From: Phoronis australis
Lineage: Eukaryota > Animalia > Phoronida
DNA length: 64,000 nt
NCBI GenBank assembly: GCA_002633005.1
Contig: NMRA01000033.1
Span: 1,505,130 to 1,569,129 of the forward strand
Direction: 5' to 3'
The translations under genes were made by a program, and so were the position numbers. This document shows, piece by piece, positions 13,708 to 27,500 of this stretch; position 1 is the first letter of the stretch, and every line of letters starts with the position of its first letter. The notes below the pieces were generated by a model, which was not told the DNA's origin, searched no databases, and saw only the letters and a list, made by a program, of their open reading frames with translations.

Positions 13708-14534
13708 CTTGTGGTAAAATGTATTGTTGTATTTTCAAAGTTCACTGGACAGGTGAAACACAAGATTCAAATAGTTGAACTTGCATAAATCGAACCAAGC
13801 AGGGCTGAGATTTAAGGTGAAATCAAAGATTAATTGGAGTACCTTAACTGGAAGTAATACTGTAAAACTTCATCGCAGTTGAATGAAAATCGGACATGTG
13901 CGTATTAAACTGGGGTATGCAAGTTTTACTGGAGTATATCACGAGATCGTTTCGAAAAGTAATTAAATGAATAAAACCAGGACTTAGAATTTTCCTCTTT
14001 TAAAGAGGATTTCCTCTTTTGGTTTCAGTTTGCTCTTATTTTATTTCCAACTTCCTCTTTTTTCGTTTCTTTTATCATTATTTTGACTTAGTGCAAAAAA
14101 ATTCTTGCAGTTAAATGTTACAACGCATTTCTATCACATTAGTCTTCTTCGTATAATGATACATCACGTGGAAAATTTCCCTTTTTTGTCGTGGGTCATT
14201 CCAAGCCCTGTACAACACCCAGCTCGTTATTAACATCACAGAAAGGTTTGAACTAAATAGTTTTCACACAAGATGGAGTATATGATCTACAGGCCATCGC
14301 ACCAAGGTAGTCCTCGTTACAAATATGATTGGGAACAAACCAATTGGTGTAAAATTGGAGTGAGAACCGTGTGGACGATGGTGCATTTGAGGCATGTTTT
14401 TGTCCTAAGTTGTCCATTAACGAGGGTACCCATCCCGTTTCATTGAGATGTTCGGATGAAAGCAACAAAACGACCGCGAAATTTTTCTTCACAGCTGTAT
14501 CTAAATGAAACCAATAAAACAAATACCGATCATC

Positions 14535-14825
14535 GGGGATGGTAAAATCTCACCAACTTCGGACACAACATTGCCAACATCTGTTTTTTAATGGTTGCTA
14601 GCATCACAAGCATTTTTTAGTCAGATCTGCACGCCACCTGTTGGCCACATCACGTTACCAGCATTGTTGTGAATGATAACGAATTCTCAAAATATCTGAT
14701 GTTAGCTATGGTTTAGAATACAAAAATGACAAAACATTCATTTGGTGCTATCTATTTTTGGTGGAAAATAATAATTTCAGTGTCTGCCCAAATGTCCACA
14801 ATTGGTGTTGGGGATTTTACCACGG
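14535..14825. mobile_element. MITE-like element between the convergent 3' ends
   Basis: Inverted repeats tggtaaaatctcaccaac / gttggggattttacca. Confidence 0.45.
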
Positions 14826-14903
14826 CAGTACTGAAAAATTACTTATATACAGAAAGCAGTTGTATTGTTAAGTTTACAAAGTTACATGTTCTAAATATAC
14901 AGT

Positions 14904-14909
14904 TTTATT
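14904..14909 (-). terminator. Candidate polyadenylation signal of NCAPH
   Basis: tttatt (AATAAA on the minus strand) about 620 nt downstream of the NCAPH stop. Confidence 0.5.
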
Positions 14910-15528
14910 CGCACATCACACAAAAATCAAAATATACCAAAAATTTACAATTACCAGTATAGTTAAAACATGGTTCACATTCATTCCATCAAATTCTCTT
15001 CAATACCAAAAAAACACTGCGTTTCTACCTGGTAATTATCAATGTCTCTAAAATTTGCTACCAGTTTTAATCACAATGACTAAAATTTCAAAACTAAAAG
15101 ACAAGTTTTCAACAAATGTTTCGATGTAAATTTACCTCTGAGAAAAAATAAGGTAAAAACCAACATATTGCCTTATGCGCGTTACAAAAAATCCACTGGA
15201 TTTAAAATAAAATTTCTACGTTAAAATAAATATTTGCAGAGTCCAAATTTGGTTGAGAGAGCCACGCAGACAATGTTTCCAAAGAAGAGAAAAATGAGTG
15301 CAACACCAAGACAGACATCAGAAAACATAAGAAATGCAGCCCGTAGCACAGAAAGCGTGTTCCGTACAGTTACAGGAACTAGGGCAGTGGGCGGATAGAT
15401 GACGTGTTTGTCCAGTTACAAAGAACTGTTGGGAATCCGGAAGAGCTTCCATAATTTGTTGCATCCAATGGACACGTGCGTGTACTGAGGAATTTTCACC
15501 TGTCTCAGTAAAGTCCCGTCGCAGCTCA

Positions 15529-18500
15529 TCACTGTGCCCCTTGTAAAATCCTGAGATCCGTCAGAGAATCATTGTGGACAATCTTTAATGTCTGAAAACA
15601 TAAATTCCAATTAAAACGTGATTGTTCATAATATTTGAGGTTTTGCAATGATATCAGAAAGGGAATACATAGGAAGTATTCTTCTACAATGACCTTGACC
15701 TTAACGTGAACACATTCTGTTGATGACCAGCCTACAGTTCACTACTTTAATGCACTAACAAACAACAAATCAGCAAAATACAGTAGTTTTCAAAAATGAC
15801 GATATATCTTCTAATTTTCAAATGATCAAGTGTCAGATTTCCGTCTAGCTTTCATTTAGGTATTCACCATGATTATGACGATGCAAGTCAAATCTCCTCA
15901 CAATTCACCAACTTTTTTGTTTTTTGAAAATTACTGCAAGTGAAAGGTAACGAGATCAGGTATTTCACTTGAAATGAAATTAATATTACAATATTACGTA
16001 ATGTAGATTACAGATACATGAAGTACATAGTTCATTTTTATCCGTTAATCTCATGACAGATGACATAAATCTTCACTTTTCTAGTACCAACAGGTATTAA
16101 CTTCAGTATTTAAACTCCATGCAGCCATTATTAAAATGCGTGACAACAGTGACACAAGGCATTGAAATGTGCCCACGACAGCACGGTAAATACTTCTGGA
16201 GGTCTTTATTAGTTTCGTGCAATGTTAGATTGCTTTCACAGCTATGATATCAAAGCTGAAAATGGACTGGCGCTGGTGCATGGCAGCCACACAGCTCTCT
16301 GTCAAGAACCATCAAAAAATCTATCAAACCATTTTGGACCATAACCCGCAGTACTTTGTTAAAAACTAAAATAGCCAACAGGAGGTGCTATGGCAGTCCA
16401 ACCTGTACAATGATTCATTGGTGCCAGTGCATCCTAGCCATAAAACCTCAAGTCAGGTTTCGTCAAAATCTATCAAGCTGCTCTGGCAACAACCAAAGAA
16501 CAAGCAATACCTTGCGGCACACGAAAAAGATCAATAAGAGTGTTACTATAATTGCATCCGTCAAAAAATCAATTGTTGTCGGCATATTCCATCCATAAAT
16601 CATTGCGTCAAGTTTCATCAAAATACTTCAAGTCGTTACGATTATAATAATAAGTGGAAAAGGAAAATCTCATCGACTCACAGGAGTAGTCAGATTCACC
16701 CCAAAATCAAATGGTGCCGGCACATTCTGCCCATAATTCTGCATCAAGTTTCGGCAAAATTGATCAAGTCGTTTCACCAATAATTGATAGACAATTAATT
16801 TCTTGTGCTGGTGCATTCCAATCATGTAAGTTTGTGTCATGACCCGGCAAGTGGATTTTGAGATAATCGACAAATAAAAAAAAAGTAACGAAGATATAAG
16901 GACAGATAGGATGATGTCTTCATCCAATCACATTTTTTGTGGGTGAATAAAAACTGACCAATCACTGTTTCAAATAATTGTAAATGTACAACAAAAAACA
17001 AGACTCTGCACGGAATTAACAGTGTCGAAAATGAAGATTCACAGCGAACTTTGTTCGTCATTTTGTCATCTGCAGCTAAAGTGGCTTAATTTGATTTCCA
17101 AACATGACGACTTACACTTCCAGTATGTTATTGGAGTTCTCCAGTCAAGCCAAGGGTATATATTGCAAAAATGCTGCATTTTATGGAAATCAAATGTAAT
17201 ATCCGAATACACGCTTGGAAAGTTACAGGTATACCTATACAACTGCAGCTTTATGGACGTTTTTGTTCCTTCAAGCAAGTCTATGCCCAAAAAAAAAACT
17301 TGATCTCAAACTGAACAAAAAACCAACTGCGTCGAGCACCCACAGAAGTAGTTACCTTTTCATTGGCTAAGTGCAACAGACACACAAACGTGATCGGGAC
17401 GCTGAGATTACGAGCCATGTGCTTCGACACTTTATCTGGCAAAACGTGCATGAGTTCCTTGAAGGACTTCTGACCCACGACCAAATCATGCTTCACAGGC
17501 CCCTCATTTTCAGCCTGATTTTCCTGAAAAGATAACAAACAATAGAAAATGTTTATTCGCAGACACAGAAAAGTTTATGTCTGCGATTTCGAAAACAACA
17601 AGAACACAGCAAAAACTTGCATAACTTGAATGCGCATGAGGAAAAACTTCGCTTAAATCGTACAAAATTCGTAGTTACTGTACAAAAGCTTGGAAATGTT
17701 GGATTTTCTCTGTCTTATAGAAAGTCTCTTAGGGCTGTTCCAGTAAAATCTGTATGGGAGGGGGGAAGGCACCTTTTTTTCGCACCCACCACCCATATTT
17801 TTCATTTATTTCTTCAGCCTACCACCCATAATTTTTTATAAGTTTGAAATGCAACCACCCGTAATTTTTTTTTGTTCTTGTGGTTGACTGCACAGGCGCT
17901 TGAGTTTATCTGTTCCTCCATCACCACTAACGTCATTCATTACTAAGAAAATATATGTCTCTTATATATGGTTATTAGCCATCGAGAAATTCAATCACCT
18001 GTGGTTAAATGGTGTTATGGGCATGCCGATGAGGAGATTGGAGGGAGTGAAAAAGTCGGAGCTTTATGCAAGTTGCATTTTCGTTTCAGTTTTTGATTCT
18101 GTGCGGATTGTTTATAAAATTTACTAAAATTACCCACCATCAAACATTTATGGCCCAATGAAACAACAACGACCTGTAAATTTTTATTTTTTTGAAGTAC
18201 GACCACCAGCTATTTTGAATTTAAATCAAACGCAACCACCCATAAATTTTTATTTCAGTTGCCTTCCCCCCCTCCCACACAGATTTTGCTGGAACAGCCC
18301 GCTTAAATCGTACAAAATTCGTAGTTACTGTACAAAAGCTTGGAAATGTTGGATTTTCTCTGTCTTATAGAAAGTCTCTTAGTTGGATTTTATGCAATTG
18401 TTACTATATAATATCTGGCAATTAAAATAAAGTCTCACCAATGTTGAACAAAAGCAATAGCCAAATTTTATTTTGTTTTCATTTTTCAAAGCGTGCTTTC

Positions 18501-21500
18501 ATTTCTGTGAATGCTTACAATTTGTCAAAACACTCTCTGTAGTGACAAAAGGGTAGAAGATCAAAACGATAAAGCATTTATTTGGTATTACTTATCTTTG
18601 ACAAAAACAAAAAAGTAAAAAATTTCCCTTGTCCGCCATATTGTATTCTAAATTGGTCAACAAATGTAAATTGTTGAGGTCTAAAAATAAGAAAATGCTT
18701 CTCCTTAGAAAAATGCCATTTCCCTTTAAAACTCAAACCTTACTAACAGTCTGTTTCAACCCCCAAATTCAAGAGAATACCCAGCCTAGCCCTCCCCACC
18801 CACACCCGTCACATTAACCCAGTCTTCATCATGCATCACATAGTTCTAGATAGGTCCACCCACTCCTAGCCTCTTTACGCCCCTCACCTTATCCTCTCAT
18901 CACACATCAGGTAGTTCCCACCCCACCCCATGCCCCTCACCTTATCCTTCTCATCATCACCCACNNNNNNNNNNNNNNNNNNNNNNNNNNNNNNNNNNNN
19001 NNNNNNNNNNNNNNNNNNNNNNNNNNNNNNNNNNNNNNNNNNNNNNNNNNNCCCACCCCACAAAGCCCACCATGTCACCTCATCATCAACTACCCCTCCC
19101 CACCCCACGCCACTCACCTTATCTCCCTCGTCATCACGCGTCAGGTAGTTCCAGATAGTCCCCTTCAGTTTTTTCACATCAATCTTTTTGGCCTGTTTGG
19201 CATAGTCAATCATAATCTTGTTGACCTTTAAATGGACATGAAATGACCATCAGTGTACAAACAGACAGGCAAACAAACAGACAGACAAGCAGGCAGGCAG
19301 ACAGACAGAAAGACAGTTCACACTAATGACAAACACACAGGCAAATATAGGAGGGCAATGGGGACCGGTCCGCACAAAATCATGCTAGGTGGCATTCTAT
19401 ATTTAGGCTCTACACGGATATTTCGCATTCGAAAATCATGGCTGCCTCCCCCCAACCACATTTTGGATTTGCTAGTGAAATATGACTGTAATGGGGAGTT
19501 TCTTAATCCATTTAGTGATCGAAACATATTATGTTGTGTTGAGTTTGTCACAAAAGCACTGCAGAGCACTGATATGCAGCCAAGGTTATACAGAATGCTC
19601 ATTTTTCAAACATTTCCACGGACTAGAGAGAGCAATACAGAGATCTGTTCACCTTGTTTGGCTGTGCCACCAGATTATCACCAGCGAGTAATGTTCCATT
19701 GACAATACTCTCATTGGCGCCAAAGCTGGCCTGAGACAGGTTCTGTGATTGGCTGCCGAAGTCACTGCCCCCTCCAGTTATGTCGAATCCAACATGAGTC
19801 ATGTCATTGTCATCGACATCATCATCAGCCTGCGAGATACACGATCATTGAATCAGCAAAACATCTATTAGCAAGAAACGTTTCTATGGTAACAATGTAA
19901 ATGGACAAATCTAAAAGAAGTACTTAACAGTTAAATCCCAAGTTTATTCAAAAGAGTGTTATTCTTAATCATGAATCAAATAAATGGTTCAAAGCCAGCT
20001 GACATGCTGCACACCACAGAATTAAACTAGTTTCAGCAGTGCTTATTACATAAAGAGGCTAACTCCCCCTCCTCAGGCGAAAATTCCTTTAAATCCCACT
20101 CAGTCATCAGCCTCGATACAGGAAATACTAGCCTCGCCATGTAATTTTCCATATTCCCACACACGATTTCAATCACCTGTACAGTACCAGACCAAATCCA
20201 ATTAGGGCATACCTCAACTGCTGGACAGTAGTTTTCACGATCATTGGCGTTATTGTAGTCGTATCCATCCACACCGTCATCAAGTGAGTCTGAAGATGAT
20301 GCAAGTCGTCTCACCTGAAACATCGACAACAGGAAAAATTTGACGTACAAATCTTTTAGTAGCATAGTGAGAGCACAGAACCGACTTCGTTAGACCAAAT
20401 GTCAAAGGGTGGTGGTCAAGACGGGCAGAGACGGAAGATATCTGCTTTCATTCACTGACAATTCAATGATGCTTGATGCATTTACATGAGCCACTTGAAT
20501 ATACCACTGTACAACAATGATAGCTAAGAATTTTTTAAAAAGTTGTGAAATTCCAACACGACTAGTGAACAACTTAAGGTTACGTGTACCAATCATTAAA
20601 ATGTTATCTTCTTGAAATATCTAAGTAACTAGAGGCAGTCAATTCATAAAAGTACGTATGTTCTGAAATTAGGAATCGGGACAAGTCTAATCATGTCATT
20701 CACAATACAGTAACGTACTCGTGATCAACCAAGTGTTTTTGAGAAAAATGTCATTTTTTGAAATGTGCATTGATTGAATAGGGAAAGTATTTTCGACAGC
20801 ATTCACCAAATATTTTGTGAACTTTCTTAAAAACGCTCAAAAAACAGTGTGTAGTTTCCATAGTTAGAGTCATTTTTGTTAAATAGTGGTACATGTGACC
20901 TTGAGGAAGGTAGTAAGATTCAAAGACTACCATAATGTTTGGCTTGATGAAATGTTTGAACAGATTCTCAGCTTCGTAGTGCAGATCCTTGGGAAGGGTT
21001 GTCTGTGTTTTGCTGTACTTTTCCAGCGTTGACTTTGTCAGGGTCGTTGAAGCTCGCGTCTCTTTAAAGTAAGCATCAAAATCAACGTCGTCATCAAAGT
21101 TGATTTTGAAGGCAGCTTTTTTCTTCTTTTCCTTCTTATCCTTGAGGGCAGCCAAGCGAGAATCTGTGTAAAGGAAACAGTTGAATGCAAGCAAAGAGGT
21201 GGCTTCCTCACATGCAACCCGCCAATATATAATTAACTTCTGTTTACACGTGGCCAGAAATTTTGCGCAAAACCATACATCAATCATGTTAATGAGAACG
21301 AGTTCAGTTCCAAAATGATCTACAACAAATTGTGCTTCCACTTTTGCCAAAAATTTGTCATTAAAAATTGTTCTATTTTTGTTTTTGATCTAGTGAAGCA
21401 CAGTTTCCGAGTCCATTTTTTGAATTTTGAGAAATTTAGTCCACTGGGGTCACCAGCTCAATTAACGTAGGCAACATTAGCCTGCTATTGGTGACAGACA

Positions 21501-24500
21501 TTTTCAATACTTCCTAATCATCCAAGATAACAATTCAAGAACCATTTACTGCCAACAAGGCCATATTAAACATTTCAAGACCTTGACATTACGTCCTCCT
21601 CCTCAACTAAAAAATTTGGACAAAAGTGATCCGTCACATGGGTTTGCAAAAGTCTCCTACAATCAAAATTAATTGGTTCGCGATGTGTACATCTAGTTTT
21701 CAGTTCTATAGCCCCCAAGCTCGACTCACCTTTAGACTGTGGTTGCAGTTTCCAGTGGGCAGGGCCAGCCCAGGTCCTCAAGAGACTGCTGTTGAAGTAG
21801 GAGTACTCGCCAGGCTCCGTTGCCAAAACTTGCATCAAATTGCCAATTGTGCCATTTCTATTAACCAAGACAAATTACTACTACTTGATATCCATGAAAT
21901 AGAAAGTTAATTTGCAAGCTTTTTAAAAGTTCCATACTGAGCAATAATTTCGTGAATTTAAATTGGCTTTTTTAAAGTAAATAAATCTAATTTAAGAAAA
22001 GGTAATCTAGCCAGACAAAAAATCGCAGTGACCATGTAATATTAGGACTTACCAGAGTACAACACAAGCTGCATGAGACAACAATAAACTTTTATACACC
22101 TGTCCTTAGACGGACTGTATCATAAACAAACTTTTTAGTTGGCATTAGCTAGTTAACAATTAGCCACTTGCCAGGAGTTTCCCAACTAAGCAGGAGAGGT
22201 AAAAGATAACCTCACATACATGAGTTTTTAACTGCAAGCTTAGTCAGAGCGTTGGACAACAGTTCCAAGTGAACGTCCCTAACCAACCACTACGGTCAAA
22301 CCAATGACATTTCCTGGCCCATTTCCATTGTTTGATATTTCCAGACTCACCGTATACTATCAACAGTCTGACTGATGCTGGTGAACACGGCATCCGAGCC
22401 TTGCATACCCTCAGTGAATGAAGAACCTAAACATATTGTACAGTGAGCAATGTGGATAGCTTACATGGAGTATCAGGCAAGGTCACTTCAAAATGTAAAT
22501 GTACCTTTGAGCATTCAAATGCAATTAAAATGTAAATTGCGGCAATATAAAATGATGAAAATCCTACCAAAATATCTCTTAAACCACAATATTATCAGTT
22601 TTACGGCCAACTAACACATTATTAGCTTTAAACACAGCGATAAAACATGTTGTTTTGTTGATTTTGTAACAAATCTTCAATTCTCACCGTTGTCTGTCAG
22701 ACATTCAATGAAATCAAGGCCAGTGTCTTTACCATTCATTTTGAATATGCTTAAAATACTCTGTTACAAAACGGTGGGATTTGGCTGAGCGGTAAAGCGC
22801 TCGACTGCTACTTCAGAGCTAGCGGGTTCAATTCCGCAGTACTGCTAATTTATCTAAAGTTATTTTACTTGCTGAGAATCTCTCTTTAAATCTCGCCAAT
22901 TTAGGACACAATATGGCAGGCAAATGAAACTTTATTTGGTAATTATCCATAAACAATAGGCAGCACTAAATAAATGACTTCATGAGTTTAATGTTTTATC
23001 ATAATACAGCGTTTTGAAAATTTGTGGGCATTAGAAACCTTTAAAATTCATAAAAAGTTATATTTTGGCAAATATTTTTGTACGAATTTGGAGAAGTTTT
23101 GCAATATATAGAGACTTTAAAATTTCTTCACTGAACATCAAGTAGTAATTCAGAATTTAAAAAAATTATTAAGAAATAACAAAGAAATTAATTGTAAAAA
23201 ATCATTGCAAAACACAATGTTTCACTTTAGTGGCTATAAAGCATCTTCAGTTTAGTACAGGTAAGATTTTAAGTGTTCAAATAGGAAGCCAGTTGTCCCA
23301 CAATGCACCATCCTAAAACAAACACTACGCGAAAGAGAATACGTACGTGTTACCCGTATTCACCAGAAAATGCTACACAGTCAATAGATTGAAACATCGT
23401 GCTTTACAAAGTATCTTACGCTGATGTTTCTGGATATTGCGCATATTTTGAAAAACTTCACTATGACCAAAGAGTGGTGTTATTTCCAAGTAGCATACGT
23501 TGGACAGCAGTACCCACCAGCATCATCATCATCAACACCAGCCAAGAAGCCAACACCATCTTCAGGAAAGTCGTTCACGTCTGACTGAGAGTCAGGAATG
23601 GGTTCCACCTCAGCGTCCAGGTCAAAGGCGTGATTGGAGTTTGGAGCCAGTCGACTCTGAAGGTCGAATGAGCTCTGGGATGGATCAAAAAGCCATTAAG
23701 TAAAAACGCATTATTTGTAAGCTATCCGTTCTTAAAAAGCCCAGGCCCATAATGCCTCGATTTTGGGCCCACCAGTTGGCTTCATTCCTCTGCTCAAATA
23801 CATTTAAAAACCTCGCAAAATTCCTATCACCAAACTAGGAAATTCTCCAATGATAAAAATTTCCCTCAAGGTTAAAACCAGTTTCAAATCGCAGACACTC
23901 AGCCTCAGAAGGGCTTTAAAGCACAAAAAAATTTCCCCTCATCGCAAAAATTCTAAATCAGAGCCCTCAAGCAACCTTGCGTAAGGTAAACAAGGGCCCT
24001 GAAGCAAAAAAGGTGTTTGAAATCATATTTATGACGTATTTTAAATCAAGGGTACTTTTCCACCCTGTCTTAGACAAGTTTACAATTATTATAATACCTT
24101 CTAGACATTACAACAATTGAGAAGATTTCATTGTTGCATTGAGGGAAATTTCTTAGCTCATAAACATCCCGTGGAATCCCAGATAACATGTGGATATGTA
24201 AACACAACATGTCACTTGAATGCACCAAAATTGAAAGGAGAGGTTCACAGCATAAGCTTTGTTACAAGTATGATAAAGCAACCATCACGGACAAATATAA
24301 TTGACTAACCGAGCCTCAAAACGCATGAAATAAATAGATAAGTCTTTTGTGCAAAGATTCTTGAGGCACATACTGGCATCCGATCACGCCAAGTTAAGTC
24401 TCACCACCTAAAACGTAAATATCAAATCAGTTTACACATCCACGATGCATTTGAAAAAAACAACAGTAGCACGTGACCGTAGATGAAATCCTCCCCGGGC

Positions 24501-27500
24501 ATCATTAAGTAATTAAATTAGCTCACCGGCTCGTCTCTGTTCCAATTGGTGAACTCAAACTCGGAGAATGCAGGGCAGATCTGAAGGGACATCAGGTCCA
24601 TCCCTGAGTAGATATCTGGAAATCAGAACAATGTTCACAACGTCACGGGCATCTGATGGTTGAGCAGTAGCCATTAACATCTAGCTATATCAAAGCAGAT
24701 ACGAAGCTGGTGTCTGTACAGAAAGGGACCTTTTCATTTACACTACTCACTAAAATTGGCCTAAACTTGCTAATTTAGACAAGAAGTGAAACCTGGGTTT
24801 GCAAAGAACTGGTTGTTCATTATTCCTTAAGACGATGCTGATTGGCGCATAAAAGGACACGCCGTAGTACAATGGCACGCCGTAATAAAGTGACACACCG
24901 TGATAAGCCCACTCCTAGAGCTTGGTCTCAGACAATAACGAATTGCCATTTCTTACGACTCTCTAAAAGCACCTCCAGTTTGACTACAAAACAATTCTAG
25001 AGCACAATACGGTAAATAGGCTAAATCAAAAGTTGCCTTTGTTACGGAAGGCAGTGTTATAGCCGCTTTAAAGTTGACGAGATAATGTACTCAGCATGTG
25101 CTACGGAATGGTCAAAAAAATTCTTATGAGACATGTCTTTTGAAATATGTTTTTTACACTTTTCCACAAATGCGGAAGGTCAGTTGTGGATGGAGCTCAA
25201 GTCTTGAATTGGTTATCTTAGTTTTAAATAGCAGACTTTTGGGCTTCCGAAAGAACACGGTCTCATTTTAAACGATAAAAAACATTTCAAACAAATACGA
25301 ATAAGCTATTAGGAAAATGTGTTGAACAACATATAATTTACCTTTAAACTCCATCAGGTCAACGGGTCTCATACTGTGTCCAGTTGCCTCGTGGTGGACG
25401 CAGTTTCTCACAACCGTGCTGGAGTCGAGCACGACAGCCGAGGCATCGTCATAGCAACACAGCTGGTTCATCATTAGGCCCTTAGTGCCACCCTCGTCAA
25501 ACGAAGCTGACATCTTTTGGAAGAGTGGATCGACTTCGAACTCCAGGTCAAAGTTGTTGACGTTCAATGCCTTCAAATTGGTCTCAATAGTGTTGCTCTT
25601 CCGAGTCTGAAAGTGAAACGTGTTTAATGCCATGATTAATAAGCAAAGGGGACAAGGCCAATTATTGACATTGTCATGAGAATACAATACAATACTATAC
25701 AATACAATACAAAATTTTATGAAGGAGGAGACTGAGGTTTGTTGCCAACAACAGTTTTTGATTTTCATCAAATGGCAATGCAAAAACTACATAATATATG
25801 GCTTTATTTAAATTAGAAATAGTTGAAGATTCATTTGATGAGTGTTCTTATTCTACCATAAACTCAGTGTTAAGACTAACACCAGCACTGAAGTTAAAGC
25901 ATTATATGTGTATGTAGTTAAAATAAATGGGTCGTTTCAGCAAAATGACTGCTACGATCAGATTCACTGTTACTTTGCCATTAATAGTAGCAAAGTAAAA
26001 ACTGACTCGAGCCACATAAAGGTGAAGGCAGATATACAATAACACATTATTTCCACAAACATTCAAAACTACTGTTACAACCAAAGAGAAAATTAACTTT
26101 AATCATTGACAATGAAGGAAGATGTATTTGTAATATTTGTCGATAAAAGTTTAAATTCAACTACTAACAGCAGACTCGTCCGTAGAGGACGCGGATGATG
26201 ACACTCTTAACTGACCAACTTACCCTCTTCTTCTTCTTTCTCTGGTCATCATCACCCTCCTCACCTTCATGGTCCCCCACATTCTCATTCCCTACAAAAC
26301 ACGAAAGGCTCACACCTGTAGTGTGCATTTTACTATTTACTTTTTGGGGTTTGATATCATGAATTGCAAATGAATTTGTCTATGCAAGATGGTAAATACT
26401 ACATTCGTTGTGAATAAGTTGGTCTACGTATTACAGTGATTTTGGGGTGTTTAACAAAATACATTTGCAAGTCTGATGTGAACATCTACAAACTTCATCA
26501 AGTCACCTCAATTATTCATAGTGAAGGTACACCCTCAGAGTATACCCGCCACATGTAAAGGAACAGTTGCTAAAAAATTACCACCTTTTGACAGGTTACA
26601 TGGTATTTTTGGAACATTTCTGCAAGACCTGTTGACCTTGAGGAACTGTAACTTGGAGATTCTTAACTCAACCACAAACAATTTTGAAAATAATCCCCAA
26701 AGCGGTACCATGATGCCACACCCTTACCTTTCTCATCACTGCCGCGGCCCAAACCACTCAGCACCTTGTAGGTCTCACTATGTATAGCATCAACACGTCC
26801 AGCATAGATCTTGGCACTGGCATCCAGGGTTGAACTGGCCACCTGGTGGTAAGAAAGGAAATCACTGCGAACCAGAATGGACTGAAACTACCGACCTCAG
26901 AGGTCGCAATCAAACACTTCGCTGGCGGTGCTAAACTTCGTTCGATAAAGAGGAGAGTATTTTAAGCGTATTTAACTGATAGCCACTGGGAATAACTTGC
27001 AGCCAACGGGGAAAATAGGGCCGTCCCGGATTACCCAGCTACGAAAATATCCTTTGTCGTGGAGGTAAGAAAGTGCATGGTTTTCACTGCCTCTTTTTGG
27101 AAAGTCAGGCACACATTCACTAGTCATGGCGGAAAATGCATAGGTATAAGGCTGTGGCAATATTATAATTCCTGATTTAAACTGTTTAAAGGTTACAGAA
27201 TAGAAAAGGTGTTTTCGAGAAAAGGGTTTCTGTTCAGTTCAAAATTAACCTGGTGAAATTGCTTTATCCACCTGTTCCCCATTTCCTTGTTTTTGATTGA
27301 TGTAAGGAAGGCATAGAAGTAAACATCAAGCATTCAAGCATGTTTGTCAAGTTTATATAACTTTCTTCTGTCGGAGTTACAGTCCACAGAATAGCAGTAA
27401 TTCTTTATTGGCATTGGAAGGATGCATACAATAGTGTGGGTGGAGAAAAACAAGAACAACAAAGAACAAGAGCAACGCGGAGCGTTGAAATGCACCCACG

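Noticed and set aside
22773-22846. Functional tRNA-Ser(GCT)
   Set aside because: Has A and B boxes, but the acceptor, anticodon and T stems do not pair and there is no long variable arm; kept only as a tRNA-derived relic.
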